Origin: Candidatus Deferrimicrobiaceae bacterium | GTDB lineage: Bacteria > Desulfobacterota > Deferrimicrobia > Deferrimicrobiales > Deferrimicrobiaceae | Assembly: GCA_963792415.1 (NCBI GenBank) | Contig: CAWBVY010000007.1 | Location: forward strand, 160,001-224,000 | DNA: 64,000 nucleotides | Direction: 5' to 3' | Shown: positions 48,700-57,794 of the stretch, piece by piece | Numbering within the stretch: the stretch's first letter is position 1 | Layout of the letters: each line of letters opens with the position of its first letter | Translations under genes and position numbers: made by a program | The notes under the pieces: model-generated | Databases searched by the model: none | The model's input: the letters and a program-made list of their open reading frames with translations, nothing else | Told to the model about the DNA's origin: nothing

Positions 48700-48733
48700 G
48701 AAAAAGAAGGGCCGCCCGATCGGGCGGCCCTCC
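48700..48733 (-). terminator. Intrinsic terminator of the multicopper oxidase gene
   Basis: GGGCCGCCCG-AT-CGGGCGGCCC stem followed by TTCTTTTT on the minus strand. Confidence 0.8.
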
Positions 48734-48751
48734 GGTCCGTACGCGACTTTC

Positions 48752-51151
48752 CTAGTAGTCCGTCCCTCGAACGATCGTCCTGCTGGCATCTTCCGTTCGG
48801 CGTAACCGCGGTCGGCCGCATCATCTCGTTGTCCTCGTGGTCGATGATGTGGCAGTGCCAGACGTAGCCGTGCTCCTGTTGCCGCTGGGGTCGAACGGGA
48901 AGAAGGCGTTTGCCGCGAGCGTGTGTCGCCGCCAGATCCGTCGGCGCCCACCGCACGGCGATCCGCGTCACCTGGCCCGGGTACATGATCACGGTGTCCT
49001 TCCAGCCGGCCTCGTAGGGCAGCGGGCGGCTGCGGCGTTCCCTTCAGGTACAGCGGCTTGCCGTTCTTGGCGACCGTGGCCGCGATGTCCGGGTTGCCGC
49101 CCAGCGGCTCCTCGACGTTCGCCGTGTTGTAGTCCAGCGGCGGGCCGAAGCCGGGCAGAAGACTCCGGCCGGATACGCCATGGTCATCGGATCGCACCGC
49201 CGCCCGGGAAGGCGGCGGCGTAGACCGCGCTGTACGCCTTCGACGTCGAAGGCCTGCCGGTTCATCAACTGGAACTGCACCAGGTGCAGGTGGATCGGAT
49301 GGGCGTCGGCGGTCAGGTTGACGATCTCCCAGACCTCGGTCTCGCCCTCGTTGGGCGATCTCGGAGTAGTAGGTCGTAACTGCCGTCGATCGTGAACGGG
49401 CGTGAAGTCGTTCATAGGTCCGCGTCGATCCTTTCCCCGCTCCAGGTCGTATTGTTGACCAGGATCTCCAGCGGCCCGCCCGGGTAGGCCGTCAACTACT
49501 CCGGTGACCGGGTCGGTCGGTCGTCACCGGCATCCCCATCACCTCGTTGAGCGTGAGCTGCCGGGTCTTCTGCGCCGCCACGGCGAGGGCCCCGGTGGCG
49601 GGATTGGCCAGGCGCACCATCGGGCCCGCTGCCGCCGCCACGGATCGTCGCGCCGAGCGTCGCCGGGTTGAAGCTGGTGTCGGCCGCGCCGCAGAGCCGC
49701 TGGCGCACGTCCCGACGCGGAACTGCATGATCTGCCCGAGCGTCGCCCCTTGGGGCGTGACCCCGCCCGGGAAGGGGGTCTTCGCGGTGTTCTTCAGGAC
49801 CAGGTTCGTCCCCGGCGCCAACGCCCGCGAAGTCGACGATCACCTCGTACCGCTCGCCGGGCATCATGACCAGTTTCTTCACCTGGACCGGCGCATCGAG
49901 GTATCCGCCGTCGGTGGCGATCACCCACATGCGGGGCGGCACGGCAACCCCGAGCGGATCGATCAGGAACATCTCGTACGTGCGGGCGTTGGAGCCGTTG
50001 ATGAACCAGAAACGGTACCGCTTCGGCTCGACGTTCAGGTACGGCCACGCCTTCCCGTTCACCACGATGGTGTCGCCGACGAACTCCGGGGTCCAGTACG
50101 GGTGCTCCGGATTCGTGGCCCAGAGCAGGCCGCCGGCGCTGTCGGCCTGCATGAAGAGCTGGCCGTTCGTGTCGAACGTCCGGTCCTGGAGGACGATCGG
50201 CACGGTGTAATCAACCGAGGCGCCGCGCGACAACCCGGCGGGATGCAGGCCCGTCGGGAGCTCGAAGGATCTGGATCGGTGATCAGGTACGCGCCCGCAA
50301 GCCCGGCGTAGACGTTCAGGCGGGTGACGCCCAGGGCGTGGTCGTGGAACCAGATCGGGGAGGCTTCCTGGGTGTTGGGGTACCGGTAGATGGCGCCGTT
50401 GGCGGGCGTCGACCGGTTGTCACCGTGCTGTAGAATACCCGTGGCCTTTGTAGGACCGGCGTCACTGGTGAACCAGGCGTCGGGCCCGCCGTCGAGCTGC
50501 GGCGGCACCTCGCCGCCGTGGAGGTGGACCACGGCGGGGATCGGGCCGTCGTAGTTCTGTGCGCAGCACCGACTCCGGCACCTGCCCATCATTGCGTCGG
50601 AGCACTGGTCGGAGGCCGTGAACATGCCCACCATGTCGGATTGCAGAGGTTCGCCTCGCTATTCAGCGGGTCGGCCCAGTGCAGCGTCTGGTCCGTGGAA
50701 TACTTCCAGGCGAGCACCTTGGTGGTGGCACCAGTCGGTAGATCGTTCACGAAGGTGAGCGAAGTCGGTTCGGCGTGCCGGCGGAGGCTCGTTCGTTCAC
50801 GATCACCGGGCCGATGTAGGTGTCCAACGCGACCGGTCGGGCAACTTGGTCCAGGCATGTGTCCAGGGGTTCAGCGATGTATCCCCACACCCAGGTGCCG
50901 GTATAGCCCGCGCACCGCTCCGGCGGGGAGCATGTTGGCCTTGAACTCGCACATCCGGACCGTGAGCGGCTGGTTGCCGAACACCGTGGTCATGGTGGTC
51001 CGCCTGCCACACTTAGCAGCGGCAGCGGCTGCACGAACTGCGGGATCATTTTGCCGGCCAGCGGAACCTGTGGGGACTGCGCCGCCGTGGCGCTCCACGT
51101 CCCCGCGGAGACGATCAGGCACGCAAGCAATAACACCTTCCAGACCCTCAT
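48752..51151 (-). pseudogene. Multicopper oxidase (CotA/bilirubin-oxidase-like), broken by many frameshifts
   Basis: Cu motifs HLHG, WFHDHA, HPIHLHL and WHCHIIDHEDNEMM spread over at least 9 ORF fragments; signal peptide at 51151; probable original stop TAG at 48752. Confidence 0.85.
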
Positions 51152-51219
51152 TTCCTGCTCCTTTCTTTCGGCTCGTGGTTTCGGTTCATCGGTTGCCATC
51201 GGCAGCATGCATCTTCCTC

Positions 51220-51621
51220 TCAGTGTTTCCCTCCAGATAAGGCGCTCATGAAGCGGCCCCCCGCCATGACCGTCCGGATCGCCCCCGCGAGTTCCTCCGC
51301 GGCCCTCGCCTTGCGTACGAACCCCGAGGCGCCCGCGCGGAAGGCCAGCGCCGCGTACTCCTCCTCGGGGTGCATGCTGAGGATCAGTACGGGGAGTTCG
51401 GGATGGCGGCTCCGGATCTCGCTAAGCACCTCGAGTCCCTCTCGGGCCGGCGTGGAGATGTCCAGGAGAACCAGCTTGTATCTCGCCTGTTTCACCTTTG
51501 CGAGGGCTTCCCGTCCGTCCACCACCTCGTCCACGGACGCCCCGGGGATCGATTCCGCGACGACATCGACCACCCTTTTGCGGAAGATCGCATGGTTGTC
51601 GACGACAAGAACCCTGGGCAC
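51220..51621 (-). CDS. Stand-alone response regulator receiver domain
   Basis: VLVVDNH, LVLLDIS, LILSMH and GASGFVRK; no output domain. Confidence 0.8.
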   Translation of the reverse strand: MPRVLVVDNHAIFRKRVVDVVAESIPGASVDEVVDGREALAKVKQARYKLVLLDISTPAREGLEVLSEIRSRHPELPVLILSMHPEEEYAALAFRAGASGFVRKARAAEELAGAIRTVMAGGRFMSALSGGKH

Positions 51622-51842
51622 CGGACTCCCTTTCCGCCTCGCGTCGGGCCATCCGAGGCGGGAGCCGCCTGGCCATTGCGCCCGCACGGTTCACGAGATA
51701 CGGAACACGTTTGGCCCAAGTAAACCAGTTGCCGCAGGGCGCCGCTATCGGCGAATGATTGATTTTTCCGTAGGACTTCTGTCTGCCGTCGTGTCGTTGT
51801 CTGTCCTACACGGAGGGGAAGGGGAAGGGACGGGAAAAGTCG

Positions 51843-52475
51843 TCAGTCCACCAGGCGGTTCTCGAGAGCGTATCGGGCAAGCTCGGCGTTGTTCCGAACC
51901 TGCAACTTCTCCAGGATCCGGGAACGGTACGTGCTGATGGTCTTGACGCTAAGGGAGAGTTCGTCGGCGATCTCGGTTACGGTCTTCCCGGAAGCGAGCA
52001 TCCGCATCACCTGCATCTCCCTGTCGGAAAGGGCTTTGTGCGGCGGGCCGGCGCCGTTCGATTCCAACTCCCGGACCAGCATCTCGGTAAGCGAAGCGCC
52101 CAGGTAACGCTTTCCAGCCAGTACCGTCCGGACCGCCTGCACCAGTTCGTCCGCCGCGCTGTCCTTGGTCAGGTATCCCGAGGCGCCCGCACGAAAGGCG
52201 CGCACCGCGTACTCCTCTTCCGGGTGCATGCTGAGGATCAGGACGGGCACGCCGGGACGCAGCCGCTTGATCTCCTTGAGCACTTCCAGGCCACCCCTTC
52301 CCGGCATGGAGATGTCCAGGAGGACCAGGGCGTAACTTCCCTTTTCGGCCATGGCGAGTGCGTGCCGCCCGTCCGCCGCCTCGTCCACGTCAGTCCCGGG
52401 GAACGATTTTGCGAGGATCTGGATCAGGCCCTTGCGGACGACGTCGTGATCATCCGCGATGAGTACACGGAGCAT
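51843..52475 (-). CDS. NarL/UvrY-family response regulator
   Basis: REC domain plus LuxR HTH LSDREMQV...LSVKTISTYRSRIL. Confidence 0.93.
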   Translation of the reverse strand: MLRVLIADDHDVVRKGLIQILAKSFPGTDVDEAADGRHALAMAEKGSYALVLLDISMPGRGGLEVLKEIKRLRPGVPVLILSMHPEEEYAVRAFRAGASGYLTKDSAADELVQAVRTVLAGKRYLGASLTEMLVRELESNGAGPPHKALSDREMQVMRMLASGKTVTEIADELSLSVKTISTYRSRILEKLQVRNNAELARYALENRLVD

Positions 52476-52490
52476 CCGGGCTTCCCTTCT

Positions 52491-53948
52491 TTACCCGGGG
52501 GGGATGGTCACTGTGACCACGGTCCCCACCCCAGGTGACCCTTCGATCCGGACCTCGCCCCCCAAATACCGGACACGCTCCCGGATCCCGATGATGCCGA
52601 GGGACTTTGCACCGGAGATCTCATCCTCCGTGATCCCCTTCCCGTTGTCGCGGACTTCGAGGCTCAACGTACCGTCCCGGCGTTCCAGCGCTGCTTCCAC
52701 CTTCGTTGCGCCTGCGTGGCGGGCGACATTCGTGAGCGTCTCCTGGAAGATGCGAAAGATCGCCGTGCTTCGGACGGGATCCACGGAAAGATCTTCGGGA
52801 TCCACAAACACTTCGCACGGGATGCCGGTCCGTTTTCCATACTCCTTGGCATGCCATTCTATCGCGGCCGCAAGCCCCAGGTCGTCGAGAATCCCCGGTC
52901 GCAACTCCCGCGATACCCGTTTCACCGTCGTCAGGATGGAGTCGACCAGGTGGATCATCTCGCCCGCTTTTCCCGTCAGCGAGGTCTCTCCCGCAGCCCC
53001 CGGATTTTTCATGGCCTCCAGGTCGAACTTCAAGGCGGTCAGGGACTGTCCCAGTTCATCGTGAAGCTCCCGGGAGATCCGCGTCCTTTCCTCCTCCAGC
53101 GCCGACCGCAGGCTCTCCGATAGGTCGCGAAGCTGCGACCGGGAAACGGAAAGCTCCTCCGCCGTCATCCGGTAGGCTTCGACCGCCTCTCTCAATTCCC
53201 GGTTGGTCTTGTCGAGTTCCGCGGTGTGATCCTCCACGCGCCTTTGGAGTTGCCAGTTGGTCTTCCGCTGGGCATCCTCGGACAGGATCCTTCTTGTGAC
53301 CTCCGCGGATGTCATGAGCACGCAACGAGCACCGGACGGCATGGTGACCGGCAGTCTCGCCGTCCGGTACCAGTGGACAACCCCTTCGCCGTCCATCATG
53401 TGCTCCAGCCCGAAGCGGGCCTCCCCGCTTTCGATCACCTCCCTGTCCGCCTCCAAGCTCCTTTGCAGGTCCGACGCATTCAGTCCGGCCGCCTTGTGCA
53501 GTTCGGCTTGCGGCCTGCCGATCATCCGTTCCGCGGAGGTCCCGTAGAAGTCCGCAAACACTTTGCTGGCCATGAAAATGACGCCGCCGGCATCCCGAAC
53601 CGCCATGAAATACGGGTTGCTATCCAGGATCATGCGCAGCCGGGATTCGCTTTGGGATAAAGCGGCTTCCGTGCGCTCGCGCTCCCTTATCTGATGAAGA
53701 TAGGGGCGCTTGAGGAGGAAGGCCAGGCAGGGGTAGAGAAAAAGGAGAACAAGAAGGGAATCCGCAACGATATCCAGTTCCTCGGGAATCGCCGGAATCC
53801 GATGGAGGATGGTCATGGCGACAAACGCGGCAAGAAATATCGCCAGGAAGAGGATGGACAGGGTCAGCGTTGTCGACTGCAGGACGGTTTTGTCCCAGAA
53901 GGAGATAAAAACGGTTTTTTCCCTGACTATCGCTGGATCCGTTTCCAT
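52491..53948 (-). CDS. PAS-domain sensor histidine kinase (HisKA_3)
   Basis: Two TM helices, PAS domain, ERTRISRELHDELGQ, QETLTNVARHA and DNGKG. Confidence 0.92.
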   Translation of the reverse strand: METDPAIVREKTVFISFWDKTVLQSTTLTLSILFLAIFLAAFVAMTILHRIPAIPEELDIVADSLLVLLFLYPCLAFLLKRPYLHQIRERERTEAALSQSESRLRMILDSNPYFMAVRDAGGVIFMASKVFADFYGTSAERMIGRPQAELHKAAGLNASDLQRSLEADREVIESGEARFGLEHMMDGEGVVHWYRTARLPVTMPSGARCVLMTSAEVTRRILSEDAQRKTNWQLQRRVEDHTAELDKTNRELREAVEAYRMTAEELSVSRSQLRDLSESLRSALEEERTRISRELHDELGQSLTALKFDLEAMKNPGAAGETSLTGKAGEMIHLVDSILTTVKRVSRELRPGILDDLGLAAAIEWHAKEYGKRTGIPCEVFVDPEDLSVDPVRSTAIFRIFQETLTNVARHAGATKVEAALERRDGTLSLEVRDNGKGITEDEISGAKSLGIIGIRERVRYLGGEVRIEGSPGVGTVVTVTIPPG

Positions 53949-54138
53949 CCCGAATTTTCTCCCCTGAAATCAGATATCCCGGGCAATATCAGGAATAGAT
54001 CTTCCTTTGTGCTAGAGGGTAGATTTTCGGTCCTATCCCGTCAAGTGCTTAAATTCGTGGAGCGAATCCCATCGGCTGACCGGAAGTTCTCGCGGGAATG
54101 CCGCCACAGGGTAACGCTGGGAAAGTTCAACGAAAGTC

Positions 54139-54176
54139 TGGCGCGCCGGGCACGACTCGAACGTGCGGCCAGCTGC
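54139..54176 (-). repeat. Direct repeat of the tRNA-Arg 3' half (att-like site)
   Basis: 37 of 38 nt identical to 57640-57677, covering CCA end, acceptor 3' strand, T arm and anticodon stem 3' strand. Confidence 0.9.
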
Positions 54177-54344
54177 GGGGAAAGTGACCTCGGCGTATTA
54201 TAAATAATGAAGAGGAATCGGTCGTGATCGGGCCGATCCCCACGGCGAAGCCGAAGAAGAGGATTCGGGGAAGGTCAGGTCAAGGTTCTCACACGAAACT
54301 ACGGGTGGACCGATCACGACGGGTTGGTCGTTGCGGTTCTTCCG

Positions 54345-54872
54345 TTAGATCTTCACGGAGCCGACGTAAGGAAGCGTACGTTGCTGGTTGGCGCAATCCA
54401 ACCCGTACCCCACGACCCACAGGTCGGGGATGTCGAACCCCAGGTAGTCGATTTCACAATCCACCGCCAACCGTTTTCGCTTTCGCAGGAACACGCATGT
54501 TTTCAGGGACGCGGGCGCACGCGGCTTCAACGCATTGATCAGGTATTGGAGGGTGTAACCCGTGTCGACGATATCATCGACAATCAGGACGTGTTTCCCC
54601 GAGATCTCGGTCCGGAGGTCCATGATGAGGCGCACGGCGCCCGTCGACGTCGTCGTCCGGCCGTAAGAAGAGAGGGCGATGAAATCGACGGACCGCGGAA
54701 TCGTCAGAAGCCGGGAAAGGTCGGCGAGGAAAATGAAACAGCCCCGGAGGATACCGACCAGGAGCAGTTCTTCCACGTCCGCGTAGTCCGAGGAGATCCG
54801 GCGCGCCATTTCCATCACGCGCCTCCGGATTTCCTCTTCCGTGAAAAGCACGGCCGGCTTTTCCGGGTTCAT
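54345..54872 (-). CDS. hpt: Hypoxanthine phosphoribosyltransferase
   Basis: GILRG, VLIVDDIVDTGYTL and VVGYGLD. Confidence 0.93.
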   Translation of the reverse strand: MNPEKPAVLFTEEEIRRRVMEMARRISSDYADVEELLLVGILRGCFIFLADLSRLLTIPRSVDFIALSSYGRTTTSTGAVRLIMDLRTEISGKHVLIVDDIVDTGYTLQYLINALKPRAPASLKTCVFLRKRKRLAVDCEIDYLGFDIPDLWVVGYGLDCANQQRTLPYVGSVKI

Positions 54873-54941
54873 GGGGCGCCTCTTTCGGTATATCCAGCGG
54901 TCCCGACGATGTTACGATACCATTAACGGAGTGCGCCGGAA

Positions 54942-56594
54942 ATGAGCCCGTTCATCGAAGGCAACATCGTCGATGTGATCTCCGGGGAGATTTTCCCGGG
55001 GAGGGTCATTCACCAGGATGGCGTCATCCGGGCGGTGGAACGTCTTTCCGGGACCTTCCCGGGATTTCTCCTGCCGGGCTTCATCGATGCCCACGTTCAC
55101 GTGGACTCGTCTTTGCTTTGCCCTTCCCGGTTCGCCGAGGCGGCTGTCCCCCACGGGACAACCGCCGTCGTCACCGACCCGCACGAAATCGCCAACGTCC
55201 TCGGCATGCCCGGGATTTCCTACATGAGGCGGGACGCCGCGGGAGTCCCTTTGCGGTTCTATTTCACCGCTCCTTCCTGCGTCCCCTCTACCCCGTTCGA
55301 AACCGCCGGCACGTCGCTCGGGCCCGCGGAGGTCGAGACCTTGCTCCGTGAAGACGATGTCGTTGCGCTGGGGGAGGTGATGAACTACGTCGGTGCGATC
55401 GCCCGCGACCCTGTCATCATCGCGAAGATCCAGGCGGCGCGCCGGGCCGGGAAACCGATCGACGGCCACTGTCCGCTGCTCACCGGAGAAAAGCTCAAGG
55501 AATACGCCAGTCTCGGCATCTCCACGGACCACGAGTGCACAGGAGGGGACGAGGCTCGCGAGAAGCATTCCCTGGGGATGCGCATCCTCGTGCGCGAGGG
55601 GTCGGCAGCGAAAAACCTGCAGGCGTTGGCTCCGTTCGCGAGGGAGAACGATTTTTTCCTCGTGTCGGACGACAAGCTTGCCCCGGACCTGCTCGAAGGA
55701 CATCTGGACAGGACGCTTGCCCAGGCGGTCGCATTGGGGATCGATCCCCTCCACGCCGTCCGAGCCGTCACTCTCCGCCCGGCGGACCACTACCATCTGC
55801 CGATGGGGGCCATCGCCGCAGGCCGCGCAGCCGACATCACGAAGGTGAGGGACCTGTCCTCCTTTGCCGTCGAAGAGGTTCATATCGGGGGAAGGCTTGC
55901 GGCGTCAGGGGGAACCCCCACATTCCGGGCAACCCCGATTGCGATGAGGGGAACGTTCCCCATCCCCCTGCGGCGAGAGCCCGATTTCACCGTCGCGGCA
56001 CCGGGCCCCACCGCCGCCGTCCGGGTAATCGCGGTGATCCGCGGGGAGATCGTAACCGGAAGTGAAACCGAAGTCATGCGAGTGGAGAAAGGCCGCGTGG
56101 TCCCGGACCCGGAGCGCGACACCCTCCTTGTCTCCGTGGTGAACCGTTACCGGGACGCGCCGGTGAGCTGCGGTTTTGTGAGGGGATTCGGGCTGAAGGC
56201 AGGAGCAATGGCGTCGAGCGTGGCCCACGACTCCCACAACATCCTCGCTGTCGGAGCGAATCCGGAGGACATGGCCGGCGCGGTCAACACGATCATCCGG
56301 GAATCCGGGGGGTTCTGCCTCTCGGCGGGAGGAGTCTCTGTTTTTCTCCCCTTGGGGATTGCCGGGTTGATGAGCGCGGAGCCCCCCCGCGATGTGGGGA
56401 GCCGGCTCGATCTCCTCGAGCGGCGCGCCCGCGAACTGGGATGTCTTTTGGACTGGCCGTTTATGACGATGTCGTTCCTGAGCCTTCTGGTGATCCCGCG
56501 TCTGAAAATCGGCGACCGAGGGGTGTTCGACGTCGATGCCTACCGGTTCGTGGATGCGGTCCTTCCTGACCCCCGGTGCACCCCGAGGCCGTAG
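54942..56594 (+). CDS. ade: Adenine deaminase
   Basis: PGFIDAHVHVDSS, DPHEIANV, LGEVMN, DGHCP, TDHEC and SSVAHDSHN. Confidence 0.94.
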   Translation: MSPFIEGNIVDVISGEIFPGRVIHQDGVIRAVERLSGTFPGFLLPGFIDAHVHVDSSLLCPSRFAEAAVPHGTTAVVTDPHEIANVLGMPGISYMRRDAAGVPLRFYFTAPSCVPSTPFETAGTSLGPAEVETLLREDDVVALGEVMNYVGAIARDPVIIAKIQAARRAGKPIDGHCPLLTGEKLKEYASLGISTDHECTGGDEAREKHSLGMRILVREGSAAKNLQALAPFARENDFFLVSDDKLAPDLLEGHLDRTLAQAVALGIDPLHAVRAVTLRPADHYHLPMGAIAAGRAADITKVRDLSSFAVEEVHIGGRLAASGGTPTFRATPIAMRGTFPIPLRREPDFTVAAPGPTAAVRVIAVIRGEIVTGSETEVMRVEKGRVVPDPERDTLLVSVVNRYRDAPVSCGFVRGFGLKAGAMASSVAHDSHNILAVGANPEDMAGAVNTIIRESGGFCLSAGGVSVFLPLGIAGLMSAEPPRDVGSRLDLLERRARELGCLLDWPFMTMSFLSLLVIPRLKIGDRGVFDVDAYRFVDAVLPDPRCTPRP

Positions 56595-56648
56595 CCGAAG
56601 TGCCGGCAAAGGGGTCTGCGCGGGGATATGCTTGAATCACTTCGGAAA

Positions 56649-56659
56649 TCTGGCGCGCC
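56649..56659 (-). repeat. Short third remnant of the tRNA-Arg 3' end
   Basis: TCTGGCGCGCC shared with 54137-54147; TGGCGCGCC shared with the tRNA CCA end. Confidence 0.4.
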
Positions 56660-57007
56660 ATACCGGACGAAACTAGGCACTGTTGGGAGGAAACGCTCCC
56701 CTTACCCTAATTCCATATCAGAATCGCATCATGGCCCCCCAAGTGTAACAATATTAGACCCCGCTCCTGATGGATCGAGCCAGAGGTCTACTTCCGGATC
56801 GTCCACGTCGCCCAGAATTGCCGCAACGGCGCCCCAATATTCAATCGCGGCCAGAGGATATCGCCTACAATACTCCCCGGGTGTAGAATATAAATGTATT
56901 CGATAACGGTTCGGCTCTCCGTAAACCCTACCTTCCAGCTCGGTAATCGTCGCGAAGCATCGGCAATCCCACCCACCCCAAGACGGCCGAGAGGAAGGAG
57001 AAAACCC

Positions 57008-57639
57008 ATGTCGCTGAGCGAGATAACGATCACCAAGGCGATCATCGAGCGGTTTTTCCGTAAATTCATCGAATGCATCGACGTCGACACGGCCATCGTG
57101 GGAGCGGGTCCCGCCGGAATGGTGGCGTCGTATTTCCTGGCCAAGGCGGGTCGCAAGGTCGCGATATTCGAGCGCAAGTTGAGCGCCGGCGGAGGCATGT
57201 GGGGCGGCGGGATGATGTTCAACGAAATCGTGGTGCAAGAAGAGGGGAAGGAAATCCTGGACCTCTTCGACATCGCGACACAAGAATACGAGCCTGGCTA
57301 CTACACGGCGGACTCGATCGAAGCAGCCTCCACGATCTGCTCCTTCGCCACGAAGGCGGGCGCCAGGATATTCAATTGCATGAGCGTCGAAGACGTCATG
57401 ATCCGGGAGGGCCGGGTCATCGGCCTCGTCATTACCTGGTCACCGGTGCAGATGACGGGGCTCCATGTGGACCCTCTCACCGTCACGGCGAAAAACATCA
57501 TCGACGCTACCGGGCACGACACCGAGGTGCTTTCCGTGATCGCGCGGAAGGCGGATATAAAGTTGTACACGGAAACCGGAAAGATCCTTGGGGAACGTTC
57601 CATGTGGGCCGACAAGGCGGAACGCCTGACCCTGGAAAA
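57008..57639 (+). pseudogene. thi4: Thi4 thiazole synthase (His-type), 3'-truncated at the tRNA
   Basis: [32 protein letters not shown]...LTLEN; the frame then runs through the antisense tRNA to 57787 and lacks the RMGP.FGGM region. Confidence 0.85.
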
Positions 57640-57716
57640 TGGCGCGCCTGGCACGACTCGAACGTGCGGCCAGCTGCTTAGAAGGCAGCTGCTCTATCCA
57701 CCTGAGCTACAGGCGC
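57640..57716 (-). tRNA. tRNA-Arg(TCT)
   Basis: 77 nt: GCGCCTG/CAGGCGC acceptor stem, GCTGC-CTTCTAA-GCAGC anticodon arm, GTTCGAG T loop, encoded CCA. Confidence 0.97.
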
Positions 57717-57794
57717 GTTGGGCCAGTATAGCATCGCGCCCGGAAAATCGTATCCGCACCCACGGCGCCCCCTTTCTCATCCTATGATCTGATC

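Larger units (their letters stand above)
54139..57677. mobile_element. Integrase-less genomic islet at tRNA-Arg(TCT)
   Basis: Bounded by the tRNA 3' direct repeats; intergenic DNA more AT-rich than the flanks; thi4 truncated at the tRNA boundary. Confidence 0.7.

Noticed and set aside
48752-51151. Programmed frameshifting or phase variation in the oxidase
   Set aside because: Too many shifts, with no common slippery site or repeat tract evident
54139-54176. Second tRNA gene
   Set aside because: Only the 3' half is present; no D arm or anticodon
54270-54286. SRP RNA (GGTCAGGTC)
   Set aside because: Lacks the GGAA tetraloop and the AGCAG strand
56729-56900. Small minus-strand ORF remnant in the ade-thi4 spacer
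   Set aside because: No clear start, RBS or recognisable homology
56920-56960. TPP riboswitch upstream of thi4
   Set aside because: Only a loose ACCT...GGTAAT...GCGAAG resemblance; the CTGAGA core is absent. An Rfam TPP search would settle it
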